Origin: Guillardia theta CCMP2712
Lineage: Eukaryota > Protista > Cryptophyta
Reading direction: 5' to 3'
DNA: 64,000 nucleotides
NCBI RefSeq assembly: GCF_000315625.1
Contig: NW_005434652.1
Span: forward strand, 152,348-216,347
Of this stretch, positions 13,681 through 26,332 are shown one piece after another (positions within the stretch are counted from its first letter, which is position 1; each line of letters starts with the position of its first letter). Both the position numbers and the translations under genes were made by a program. Under the pieces are notes generated by a model. It was given only the letters and a program-made list of their open reading frames with translations. It was not told the origin of the DNA and did not search any database.

Positions 13681-16600
13681 TTACATTCTCAGGTACGAGT
13701 TAAGGATCTCAAAGCCGTGCAAAGCTTTCAGCTGCAAGACAGTCAGGGGCAAGTAGACGAGGCAGCAGCTTGCCTGCGACAGGTTTGCTTCAAGTTTCAC
13801 AACCCGAGCTAGTGCAAGAGCAGCGTTCTGAAGAAGCGTCAGGCCTCAAGCTCCTCTACTCTCAGCTCTTGCCTTCTGTGCGGGTCCTCGCTGATAGTGC
13901 ACGACGTCGAGAAGAGCTTTCACACATCCGGCTCTTCCCAGTGCCGCCTACATCCAACGTCAGTCCCTCCCCCTGTACCCCTGCTGGCCCTACAAGATTC
14001 GCCTCCTCGTTGGCCAGCACTTGGATAACAAGCGCAGCATTGCCCACCGCATGCTCGCGGCTGCAAGAGAGGACGGCGAGGAGCGCCTGGAAAGGAGAGT
14101 CATTCTAGCGCGTCTCACAGGGAGGGAGCTCTTGCCTCCAGCACTCCTTCCTCCTGCATCAGCCGCCTCCCCGCGCTCGCTCCCGTCACCTTGAGACATT
14201 GCGCAACTCCCCGCACACAGTGATCGAGGTCGTCAGCAGGAGTCTCCCTGAGCCTCTTAAGCTTCTCTAGGAACATGTCAAACACCCCGACTCGTATGGC
14301 GTCGTCGGCTGCCGCCGCATGCCGAGCGATCCGAGCAGCAGCGGCGAGAGCCCTGGACGTGCATCCCGGGGTAGCGGAGACCGTCAGACTGTCTTTCAGG
14401 AGGCCCATGGCTCCATGCTGCTGCAGCTGCTCGATGAAATGCTCGTCTAGAGTCAGGTTGATCACAACCCCCAGCACGCTCTCCAGCTCAGCCGGCGCGA
14501 TCTGGTCTTTGGCCCTGATGCGTCCAAGGCAGGAGGCGATGCCCTCACTGATCATCTGGCACATCATGTTCTGCTTTCTGATCCAACTTCGAATCCCTGG
14601 GTGTGTTGTTGCGTTTAGGAACAATCTCCACACCTTGAGGTGAGTGCTCGAGTTGGTCTCAGCCAACACACTGCGGATTTTTCTCATCACATCTCCGCCT
14701 TCTCTCTGCGTCAAAGTGAGCAAGACCAAGAGACATCATCCACGTCACCTCAACAAACTCCAGGAAGTTCGTCTTTCCCTTGTCATCAAACAAGATGTTC
14801 GCTAAACACCCCATCCCCGCATGCAGCAGCCGCGAGTTTCTCAGCTCGATCGACCTCATCGCTGCATTCAACATCGAGACCCTGTGCGCTTCCTCTTCTC
14901 CGGGGAGTGTCAAGTTCCATTGCTTCTTGGCCAGGAACGATCGCAAGCTCGCATGCTCCGTTCCGATCTCCAGCAGCTGGAGGCAACGCTCTCCCACCTC
15001 CTCCTCGTACATGACGCCCTGGGCCCAGGAGATGATGTGGACAAGTGTCGTTGCTCTGGCACTTTCCAGCAGCTCCTCAGCTGATTTCTTGTGCTGGATC
15101 ATGTTGGAGAGGACGAGAAGCGTGTGCGCTAGGATGCTCTTGTTCTCCAGGTGAGAATGCTCGTTGATAACCCTGCTCAGAGTTTCTATGCATCCCTGAT
15201 CGCGCAGGAGAGTGCAGACGTCTTCGTCCTGGGTCATCCTGGCGAGGGAGAGGAGCTCGCGCTCTGCCTTCTCCTCGAATTCCTGTGTTTCCTTCCCCTC
15301 CCGCTGCTTCAGCGTCCGCACAAACCCCTTGACGTCCTCCAGCGCCTTCACTGCGACCTTCAGGCGCTCTTGGGGAGACAGCGTCCTCTGCAGGAGAACG
15401 TTACAAGACAAGACATAGAGGCCAAGGAGTGTGATAGAAAGTTGCAAAGAGAAAACAACCAACAGAGAGCCGATGGTTCAGAAATGGACGAGGAATGAAA
15501 CGAAACAGCAGAGTTGTAGGTGATTCAAGGGTAGGTGGAAAATGTTCATCACAAACTCCCTCCTTCACATCTCACCTCCTTCTCTTCCTTCTTCAGAATC
15601 TTCTCGTCCAAAACCTTCTGCAAAGATTCTTCCAGCCCTCTCAACGCCGGATCTTTGTTAACGGCCTCCTCAAACTGTTTGCAAGGCGTCACAGAAAGAT
15701 GTCAAAGTGCTCTGATCTCTCTCTTGCCTTCTTTGGATCTCTATCCGCCATCAGAGACTGCAATTTGTTCCAGGTCTCCTTGTCCTTCAAGACCTTCTCA
15801 AGCGCTGGATCTTTGAGCAGCATGTCCACTTGCTCCTTTTGCAGCCCAAAGTCCTGGCGCTGCTGCTCCATCGTCTGTTGCAGCTTCTGAACGTCTGCTG
15901 TTTTGCTCATCCGCTCCATCATGGAGTAAAGATGTTTCACTTCGTCTGCAGCAGCTCAGTCAGCAACGGAGCACGACAACATGCCTCGCTCACCTCGATC
16001 GCCGTACTTGCTCAGGATCTCTTCGTCTGATAGAACTTTCCCCCCCGACAAGATTTCATCGACGAATGTCTTGAGATTCGGATCTTTCATCAGCTTGAAC
16101 ATGTCTTGTTTGAAATCTTCATCAACGCGATCTGATCCTTGACTTGTCTTTGCACTTGTTTTTGCTGCAGAGTTCGAGTTTTCAAGGACCTTTTTTGAGC
16201 CTGTCAATTTACCGTCCTCGTCCTCGTCCTCGTCCTCATCCTCATCCTCAACAACGACTACTTTCCGCATTGACGTCTTGTCAACAGGCTTCGACTGCTT
16301 GTCAACTACCTTCTCCAATCTTCGGTCCTCATCGACACCTTTTCTGTCTTCTCCTTTCGTCTTTTCATTCGCAGATGCTCCACCTTCATCCTGCCCTTCA
16401 CCGTCGGCACAAATCCTCGCTAATCTTGCAGCAGAGACTCTATCCCGATCGCTCCCATCGTCACAAACGATATCATAACTCCCATCCTCGTTGTCAAAGG
16501 CGATTACTCCTTCCACGGTCTGCGAGGTTTCTGTCTTGAGCACTACCTTCTCCCCCACTACAAACTTGCGGTGTTCGGATCTCTCCTCCATGTTCTCTTC

Positions 16601-16773
16601 AGTTTCTTTTCTCGATTTCACCTCGACCGGTTCTGATCTTGGTTGCACCAGTCCCGGGACTGTCTCCTCTTCCTGAATCTCTCGTATCTTTGGGCAGGAA
16701 TCAATCTGTTGCTTGACTTCGACAGCCTTCGAAACTTCTTGAACTCCCTTTCCACCCGCGATCCCCTCTCGCC

Positions 16774-16824
<51 letters not shown>

Positions 16825-18371
16825 TCTCCTTCTGTTCATCAACATCTTCATTGTTATGCAGACCAGCAGCTTCGCGCATCTCCTTCAGCCTTTCTTTCTC
16901 CTTCATCTCTTCTTGGTACTTCTCCTTGAGGGAAATGAGCTCTTGTTTCTCAGACGTTGACAAGAACTTGATTTCTTCCAGCGCCTTCTCCATGTCTTGA
17001 ATCGCCTCCTGCAGCCTGTTGGTTTTGCAGAAAGCCTCTGCTCTTCGCATGTACGCTTTCATCTGAGATTGTTTGATCCCCGGCCCCTTGTTGTCATGCA
17101 GAAATTCACAGATGTCAAGAACTTTGGTGCAGTCATCGATCGCCTGTCAAGCGTTCACCATCACAAGGAGGCAGTCCAGCATGCATGACCTGCGTGAAGC
17201 TCTCTACTTCGATTTCTTCCCCCAGCTTCTCAATCTTCATCTTCTTGTTGTTCAGTTTCAGGGAGCACAGCGCACGGTTGGTCAGCAGAGCTCTAGAGGA
17301 CTTGTCCTCTTGAATTCCCTTCGTGTACAGCTTGAAGGCCTTTACCAGCTCTCCCTCCTGCATGGCCTCGTTCCCCTTCGACGGCCATGTTAGCACCGAC
17401 TGAGAGCATGCGCTCCGTACCTTCAGCTTCCACGTCTCTCCCTTCCTCTGCCTCTCCCCCTTGGCCTTGGCTCGGTCCTCAATGTCCTTCTCCATCGCGC
17501 GAAACTCCGGAGTGTCGGGAGGAGGAGCAGGAGGAAGATCGTCCTGCAGAAAGAGAGCGGGAGGGGTCAGCCATAGCAAGCGGCCACCCAACAGACCTCC
17601 TCGTCGTCGCTGGGAAGCCATTTGTCCCATCGCTCGTAACATTCCTCCCACTCAACTCCTGCCCTCTTGTACTTCTGCGTGGACTTCCACTTGTTCCATC
17701 GGTCTCGCGCAAGAGCTTTCTTGACCCTCTCCTGCTTCAGCTCCTCCACCTGCATGCTCGCTCAGACATGAGCTGGTGAGGGCAAGTTGAGACAACCTTG
17801 TTCTGCAGCTCGTTCCGCCGCTCCTCGGGAGAGAGCAGCAGCACGGGAGGCTCAACGTCTTTGCATTGCGTTGAGAAGCATGTCGAAGGAACTTCAGCAG
17901 GCCATGCTGACTCATCCGGGCCGTACACGTCTTCTAGTATCTTGTACTCGTCCTTCTTGCATCTAGGACACCACCGCCCGGCAAACCCCCACTTCTTTCG
18001 CTCCTGATTCCTCTCCATTCTCTTTGCAAGCTTGCGTTGCTCTTCTTGCTTCTTCTTCTTCTTCTCTTCAGTTTCTTGCTGCTTTCGCTTGATTTCTTGC
18101 TCTTTCTTATCCATTGAATCAACATCGATCTTGCCATCGAGCAATGCTTTGATGGTTTTCTCTGCGACGAATTCGTCTTAGATAAAAACACGAAACCCGG
18201 ACGGAGTCAAAAGGAGGAGAGAGGAAGGGAGGATAGGTGGTAGAGGATGAAATTTCAAGTGATTCAAAGCAAGGAAGGGAGCAGCAGGGTAAAGGGCGAT
18301 GTGCACAAAAACTTACCAACTTCATCGACACGGTCAACGAAATCTTCAAACTCCTCGTCTTCGACCTTCAT
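13681..18371 (-). CDS. TTC12: Tetratricopeptide repeat protein 12-like (TPR + ARM, axonemal dynein assembly factor), multi-exon
   Basis: N-terminus FEDFVDRVDEV; FRAMEKDIEDRAK...KGNEAM...YTKGI...LLTNRALC TPR; MKAYMRRAEA; ARM-like exons 13860-15400; C-terminus LKALHGFEILNSYLRM*, resembling the TTC12 L..LHG.EILNS ending. Confidence 0.8.
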
Positions 18372-18750
18372 CGTTGAAATACGTTATCTCTTTTCTCTTC
18401 TGCTCTTGCTCTCCTCTTCTCCCTTCTCCTTACTTCTCTTCTCCCTCCTCTTACTTCTCCTCTCGCTCGCGTTCCCCTGAGTGACCTGCCCCGTTCCCGA
18501 AGGTCTTGGTGCGTTGGAAAACTTTGAAACTTTGGATATGGCGTTTTGAAAGTTTGCTCGACAATTTTTTATAAGCAAACTTTCTCCCACATGGGTGGGT
18601 AGAGACGATTTGAGCTTGTACGATGGGGTAGGGGTGGGGTAGGGACATTCCGGTTTGAAATGGCGTGTTCGCGGTTAGCGGTAGCGGTCGACCGGCTCGA
18701 CCATGTCCGGTTCGAGCGAAGACATGGAAGGGAGGCGATGAAGGTTAAGC

Positions 18751-20476
18751 TATGAGCTTGTCTGCTGCCTGCTCTTGTGCATGTTTGTCCTCCTTCTTGA
18801 TGAGACAACACTCCAGGTTCTGCGCATGAACGAAGAGGACGTCTCCCGAGACCTCGCAGTTGCAGAAAGTGCCTTGCAGAAGGACGGGAGTCGATTCAAG
18901 GATATCATACAGAGCCTGAGAAAATTTAGCACGAATAACCAGGTGCTTTCACTACTCTGTCTTCCCAAGACCTTGTTAATTGAAAACCTTACCAAGAAGG
19001 TCGATGCCCTGGAAACTGACCTAGAACAAATGTTTGGAGAAATAGCAGAATTGAGAGCTCAGATCAGAGAGGTGTCTCAAAAATACTCGTATCAATCTTT
19101 TGCCAAGATAATCTGTCTATCACAGGTCGAGAAGGACTCTTTCATCAAGACGAGAGTTGATGAGAATGTGTTCACATACAAAGAAGAAGTCGCCAAGAGC
19201 GAGGACACTTTGAAGGACTTGGTGAATATCACTTTGCACTTTGTTGTTAATGCCTATTACACTTGACGACTTTCTTCTGGTTAGAAACGAAAGCTCGAAG
19301 TGATGAACAGCGAGCACGATCTTCTTCAGGAAGAATTCAACAACAGCAGGTTGATTTCATTCTGGAATTCAACCTGCCATAAGGCTCTTGCTAGGAAAAG
19401 GCAAGCGATGAAACAACAAAGTGCAGAGAACGTCGGAGGAGAAGTCGATGAAGCGTTGAAGTATATCTAAAACAATTACCTTGCGGGGTTCTTGACTGCT
19501 TGCTGTGCAGTTTGAACGCTAGGTTGCGAGCCATAGAAGGGAAGCTTGTAGATTGCCAGGTGAATCAAACGTTTTCCTCCCATCTCCTTGCTATGATTTA
19601 TCTCTCTGCAGCTTCAGGAGGCTGATGTAGAACAGAAGCATGAGCTTGCAAAGAAGCAGCTTCAGATGGTATCTCCTGTCTGAAGTCGCTCCACGTGACC
19701 AGTCTTGAAAGGCACAACACAAGACCGTAGTTGCTGAGGAAGAGCTGGGGAGGATCAGGAACGCGATTGAAGAGAAGCAGAACCAGGAATTCTATTGTTC
19801 CTGTCAACATGATTGAATGACAATCACTGGTGCAGGACAAGATCGCTCTGCAGTCAGACCCCAAGTGCAGGTGAAAAGATTCCAGTGAGTGTAAGTTGTC
19901 AGCTAAACGAATATCCCAGGGAACTTGTCAACGAGATGTCCAAGCTCGAGAAGGATCTCTCAGACTCGAAGCAACGGCTTGAGAAGCATCAGGAGGACGT
20001 GCAGCTTCTTGCCCAAGGCCTTCTCCAGTACTCCCGCATGCTCTTCCTCTTCCCTAACTTCCTCCTTCCACTATGACTCCCGCTCCGTTCCTCCCTCTCT
20101 GCTGTCCTCATGCGCTCTCATTCCTTGACCCCGCCCTCTCTCTACTCTCTCCCAGTCCCCTGACCTGGACGGTTCAGCATATCTGCAGTCATGGCGCGAG
20201 AGGGTCATCCTCAGGCTATCACCCTCGATATGTTGCGAGAAGCTGGCAAGTGTCTTCCCCTCCAGCAGCTCAAGGACTTGGTCTCTGCCAAATTGACTTC
20301 CTCCAACAAACTCAAGGCTTCCGACTCCGTCCATCAGAAGGTTTGACCTGCTTGTCTGCATGCCCGCCTCTGATGAGCCGCTAAAGGTCTTAGAGGCTGT
20401 ATACTCCCTCGTATCCGCCTCGCTCATCAGCATCAATCGCACGTGCCCGCTCCAGAACGTCACCCTCATGATATAG
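18751..20476 (+). CDS. Multi-exon coiled-coil protein with a short C-terminal winged-helix-like segment
   Basis: Heptad-rich exons (KVDALETDLEQMFGEIAELRAQ; MSKLEKDLSDSKQRLEK); final exon VLEAVYSLVSASLISINRT...MI*; GT-AG introns. Confidence 0.5.
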
Positions 20477-20739
20477 GGGAAATCACTGTGATATGATCGT
20501 GAAGACCTTTTCATTGGATAATGACATGATTGACGTAAAAGAGGAAAAAGCAACTGTTATGATGGAAAAAAGAGGAACATTTCTTAAGAATCTCGAGCGT
20601 GTGAAAGATTTGAAGCATCGAGCATCATCTTCTCATACTCTGCGTCGGCATATCGACCGACTGATTCATCTGAAGAATCAAATCGTCATTGACTCCTCTC
20701 TCTCTTGGGTTGCCTTCTCACCTTGGGAGAAACTGGTCC

Positions 20740-23085
20740 TTATGGGACTCTGTCTGGCGAAAGCTGCATCTCTGCAGAGAGTGTGAATGCGAAAAACAAA
20801 GTAAATTTCAAAAACCGATGAATCCATAGAGTCTGAACTTCGTTGCTGTCTTTTGGGAGGACCTCAAACATCATGACGGCATGGCTCTTCTTCGTGTTGA
20901 TGTACTGAACAAGCTCTCTGATCTGCATGGCGTTGGCCTTGGAACCATCGATGCCCACAATGTAGTCGCCCTGACGTAGACCTCCGAGGTCGGAAGCAGA
21001 TCCAGGTATTACCTTGATCATGATCAGGAGGAAGCGAGGCAGGGATGGTGAGATCAATCACCTTGTCGACAACAAACTTGAATCCGCGCATGGGCTGTTC
21101 AGACAGGACGAGGCCGAAGGGAGGAGTCACGCTGGGAACCGGAGTGCTGTCATGAGCTTTCATGCTTCGATCCATCGTGTGAATGCTCTGCTCCAAAGCT
21201 TGCATTGTGTGCGCATGCAGCTCCTCCAGCTTAGTCACTCGATTGATTTGGTTGCTTGTGACTGACTCCATTCTGCCAGTGATTCCCTCCAAAGATCGTA
21301 CTTCCATCTCCTACAATGGATTCAGCTGCTCTCCCCTGTTCGAGGCATCATGACTTGCCTGTCTCTTCACGTCCTCCTGCAGCTGTTGAATTTGATCGAT
21401 CAGGACAAGTTGCTGCTTCGTGCTTTCCTTCTGACTTTCCACCAGTCCGTGCATGGAAAGCACCTAGCGCATTTCGTCACGACAGCTGCTGGGCGGGAGA
21501 GTCTCTTCTCACCAAGAGCTGGACTTGCTCTGTCAGTTTTGTTATGCCTCCACGGCGGAGCTCCTTCTCGAGAGCTTCTTTCTCGTCAAGGATGACTTGC
21601 ACGTCGGACTACAGCATCAATCAGACCGTAACCGGCAGCAATCATCAGCCGTCACCTGAGACCACGTCGGCTCTTTCACTTGCGGCTGTTCCTGCAGATG
21701 ATCGCCGTTCATCTCGACGGGATTCGAGTTGAGAGTTCCATCAGCATTTCGAGCAGGATTGAATTTTGTGCTTCCGAGTTGTTCCTGTGGTGATGTAAGT
21801 GTAAACACTCTCACGCGCAAGCATGTCTGACCAAGAAGTCTTCCTCAGGGGCATCACACAAAGTTCTACAGTCGTTGTAGACAACCTGAACCAGAGCCGG
21901 CTGGTTGAAATCCACCTCATCCTCACCAAAGGGATCTGACATACCATTTGCAACCTGAACAGATGCTGTTAAATAATGCTATAAATGCCTTCCATTCAAG
22001 TACCTCAACCAAGCCCAAGAGCAAGAAAGTCACAAGAGGGAAGGCAAAACAAGACCAGAGACTTCCTTTCCCTCCGTTGATGAACAAGAATGCGTATGCA
22101 AGCAGAACAAGCTCAATTTTCATGCAGAAATTGACAATGTGATAGTATTGGAAGGGCATGGGAAACAGAAGAGAGTTGTCAATCTTTCCGATAGCTGCTC
22201 TCATATCTACAATCTCCTCCTTGATGTTCGTGATCAACGAAGTCTGTTCATACTCAGATATCAACATTGGGTTTCCCTTCTCTCCTTCAGGAACTGGTGT
22301 CTGCATGATTCGCTGTCGAGAAGCGTCAGATGCTGGGCAGATCTCTTTCCATCGGGCTTACCTTCAGCGACACAATGCTCCACGAAAACAGAAGTTTATG
22401 TACATTTCCAGAATACGTTTGAAGGGTCTTGGCTTCTTGACGCAAGAGGAGACCCTTCTTTATCAGCGCCCTTTCGATCAAATCCTCAAAGCTCCCGGGA
22501 TTTGAGCCGACGAATTGAGATTTCTTCCAATCATAGTAGCGCTTTCGTATGGACCAATAAAAAATCTCGTGAGAAGCGAGCAAGTATCTCAAGACGCTCC
22601 CTGGACACGAGAGATGCGTCAGCTCAGAAGCAGCTTCTGTATAAAAGAAACTTACATCTGTGTGTCGGGTATGTATAATAAGTTCGTAAGTACAGAGATA
22701 TATTGTGAAGTTTGCCTTGGATGGCCAGGCACTCGCCATAAATGAGCGAGTATCTTGCAAAGCAATGTCCGGTGTAAAACACCACCAGGAAAGTACAAAG
22801 TGAAGTAATCACGCCGAGATCGTTGATGGAGAGAGGATAGTCTGCAAGCATCTGCTCTAGCCCCCTACACTTCGGGTCTGCAGTCTGATTGCAAGTATCA
22901 TACTTCCTCGCGATGTAAAGCGCCCAATGCGAGATGCACAACAGCCAGAAGCTGGGGGCCTGTGCGACGATGACAACGGCAGTTCCCTGTAGATGAAAGA
23001 GGTTGATAGTTGACTTGACCTCATCGTACTGCTGGGTGATCACAAGGTTTTGCTTGACCCCCTTTGGAAGTTTTAGGAGAGTCAT
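20740..23085 (-). CDS. Bestrophin/UPF0187-like anion channel with C-terminal coiled coil and PDZ domain, multi-exon
   Basis: TFLVVFYTGHCFARY; PMPFQYYHIV; LLGLVEV|ANGMSDPFGEDEVDFN; terminal FGLVL...VIPGSASDLGGLRQGDYIVGIDG PDZ signature. Confidence 0.75.
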
Positions 23086-23616
23086 TTTGCCCAATCACGA
23101 AATGTCTATCAATCCATAGCTGCACAAACTGTCAATGCAACAAAGTGCAAACGAACCAACGGTCTATCAAACATTCAGCCTTGCTCAACTGGTTCTGACA
23201 GGCACAGACCAGATTTTACAGTCAATCCGTCTTACTTTCATGATAAAACTCTAGCCTCTACTTTCAACCCTACATAACTCACTCTTCTCAATTTCATGAT
23301 ACTCCTATCCTTGAAAAATCTTATTTCTTAGTCATCGCATATGCGTCATACTCGACCCCCTCATTTTTGTCTTTAACACCAATCCTATTCTCCTCCTCCT
23401 CCTCCTCCTCCTCCTCCTCCTCCTCCTCTCACCTCTTTCTCTGCTCCTCCCGCCCCCCTTCTCTTCTCAAATCCCGCCCTCCACCTTTTGCTCCTCTCTT
23501 TCTTCTCCATTTGTCTGCTTCTCTCTCCTTCTCCAAGCTACCTCCGCAACCACCATCTCCCAAGCGCCTTTCTCCGATCCCATCGCTGCACCTCTTGCGC
23601 AATTTCGATCTCCCAC

Positions 23617-24150
23617 CCTACCCTTCGTGTCACTGATACCACCCCTACCTCCAGGTGATACTTGCGTAGGTACCCCCACCCTCTAGTTATACAATGATCC
23701 TTCTCGTAAAGTACCCCGTGGTCTATTATTTGTTTCGAATATCTCCTGCCAAGACCCATGTCACTACCACCCTACCAGAGAGCGCAGGAGTTGTACTTGA
23801 CCACCCCCACCCTTCTCATTAATCTCTACCAAACGGAGCCATTTTTTGTACACCCCTACTTCCTCCTACCCCCCTCGTTCCTCCCACCCCCTTTTTAACT
23901 CCTAATCCTATTCCGACCAGTACCCCCTACGACAAACCATACTACCCCACCAGTACTACCCCACCCACATTGGCCCTTCATCACCCCAATGGCTCACAAT
24001 AGTTACCCCCACCCCACCCCATTTTCCTAAAAGATTAGGACTTATTATTTTCCGGCCTAGTAGGGGTCGGAACGCTCAAAGTGGGGTACAATCATGGCTG
24101 AGAGCAGGTCATGGGAGGGGTAGGGGTGTGCGGTACCCCACCCTACCAAC
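23617..24150. promoter_or_regulatory. TACCCC/GGGGTA-rich divergent intergenic island
   Basis: More than 15 variants of (C)TACCCC/ACCCCAC; similar islands at 18592-18645, 45780-46340 and 60995-61255, each 5' of a gene. Confidence 0.45.
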
Positions 24151-24258
24151 ATTCAAGGGGAACGGACGGGTTGTCGGTGGACAAAAGACATCTCCTCAAA
24201 TTTGATAAACTTTCAAAGTTTCAAAGTTCCAAAGTTTCCCATCGCAACCTTTCACAAC

Positions 24259-25448
24259 ATGGCATCGACCGGTGCGAAGCACTACATGTCGATACTTCGG
24301 CATGCCCTAGCTCCCCTTCCCTACCAATCCTCACTTCTTCTCCCCATGTATGTTGGATCGCCATGTTGTCCCCTCTCAGTCAATGCTCTCTGCTTCGCCG
24401 CTGGGATCTCCAATGAGACCCAGCATTTGAATCTTCTCGATCCTTGTGAATCTTCTCGATCCTCGTGAATCTTCTCCCTCCATATATCCTTGCTGTGTCT
24501 TAGTTTCATATCTCTTTTCCTCCTCCTCTCCTTCCTTGTCGTGCCTTCGAACGAGTGATTCTTTTGGGTGTGCAGAAAACCATTTCTTGCAAGAGATGGA
24601 GGAAGAGATAGAAGGAGTCAGAAACAGGTCCCTGACAGATACCCTGCTTGCTGCATCCTGTGACGAGACTGCAGGATATCCTTCTTGTCCCAGCCTCATG
24701 GTTATCAATCCCTCGATGAGGAGGGGAGGAAGTCACGATCGTCAGTGGCCTACCATGAACTGCCGGACACGCCCTTCGACAGCTTGTTCTTAACAGCATA
24801 CTTCCTCCAGATCTACATTGGACAGTTCATCCTCCAGGCAAGCTCTGGCATGCCATTGGATGATGTTATTTCTGAATGTCAAGGCCGCAGGTCATCGTAG
24901 TGATATGGTCATTCACCTTGTAAGGACGTGGCGGGAGGGAGACGCGGTGCTGACGCCATGGCTTCAGGGAAGGCGACATTGAACCTAAAGTCCTCCTTTC
25001 CTTGGATTGTTTCGCTGTTGCCCTGCTGGTACGTCTCTGCCCTCCCGCTCGACCCCCCAGGTGACGCGACGCAGGTTGTGGAGGTAAGCTCGGGGCTGAT
25101 ATCCAAGGGTTGGAGATTCTTCGATGATCTGGGAGGGAAGATTGGTGATAAAACTTCTTATCCTGCACAGATATGTCCTCTTCGTCATCTTCTTCATCCT
25201 CTTCATCCTCTTCATCCTCTTCATCCTCTACTTCTTTCACTTTCTCTTTCTCTCCGACTGTCTCTGCTTTTCCAGTTCCCTTCCTCTTCCTCTCTCGCTA
25301 CCTCGTCCTCGTTCTCTTTGTTGTCTCTGCCTCTCCTTCGCTCCCACATTTGTCCATGCTTGACTATATTGCAGATTTCGCCATCGTCGTGATTTCCCTT
25401 CTAGCAATCGGACTCTACTTTGGCTTCACTGCTGGTGATGCAAATTGA
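24259..25448 (+). CDS. Hypothetical membrane protein, multi-exon
   Basis: ATG at 24259 after a promoter-like tract; hydrophobic exons (SLFLTAYFLQIYIGQFIL; FAIVVISLLAIGLYFGF); repeat-filled introns. Confidence 0.4.
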
Positions 25449-26332
25449 TAGATATGTCGGTGTAATGTGGTTTGCAGACAAAGACCAGGACATGTGGCGG
25501 GTTGACAGTTGTTTGTTTGCGCTGTTAGTTTGATTGATCGATCTGTGCAGAGCGGAAAGCTGGAGGACAGGTCGTCTGAGGTTGGTTTGACGTTTTCTCA
25601 TTCTTTGAAGTTAATCCGGTAAGATGAGTTGGGATGTAATTGTGGTTTTGGAGATGATAGAGTGAAGATGATAGAGTCGATCATGAGGAGTGAGGGGATT
25701 GTGATGGTGATGACGACTATAGAGCTGGAGAAAGTTTTGTTGTTCATGGTGATGAATAATGATGTTGATGACAACGATGGATATGATGTTGTACACTCAC
25801 GGTCTCTAAATGTTGTCACCGCTACAGCGATCTTATTCGATTTATTCGTCTTCCTCTCTTCTTCCGCAATGTGGCGGCGGTCTGGCGTTACCATCAAGGT
25901 TTTCTCCCTCTGCCTCTCCTTTCATCCTGCTCATGTCTTTTCAGCTTTGCAGAGAAGAGAAAAAGAGAGAAATGCAAGATAATGTGGGAGAAGAATTTTT
26001 CATTGTCCTCTTCTTCCTGTTCTGCTGTTAGCTCCTCATCTCTCCCCCTTCCCTTGCTCTAGTTCAAGAAGATCTCTAAGCCATAGGCTATTTCTCTCTC
26101 CATTTGATCTAGGTACTGATCTTTATACGTTTTATTTTCGCTATTTGCTATTCACTGAAAGAAAGAAATATAACAAGTGAAGAAGGAGGATGTGCTAATG
26201 AGAAGAACAGAGAACGGGAGAGAATGAAAATAAAGGGGGAAGGAAGAGGAGGAGGAGAAGTGGGAAAGGAAACTCCTTTCCTCTCTGGTACGAGGAGCAG
26301 AAGAAAGATTGTTCTGCTCATTGTCCCCTGCT

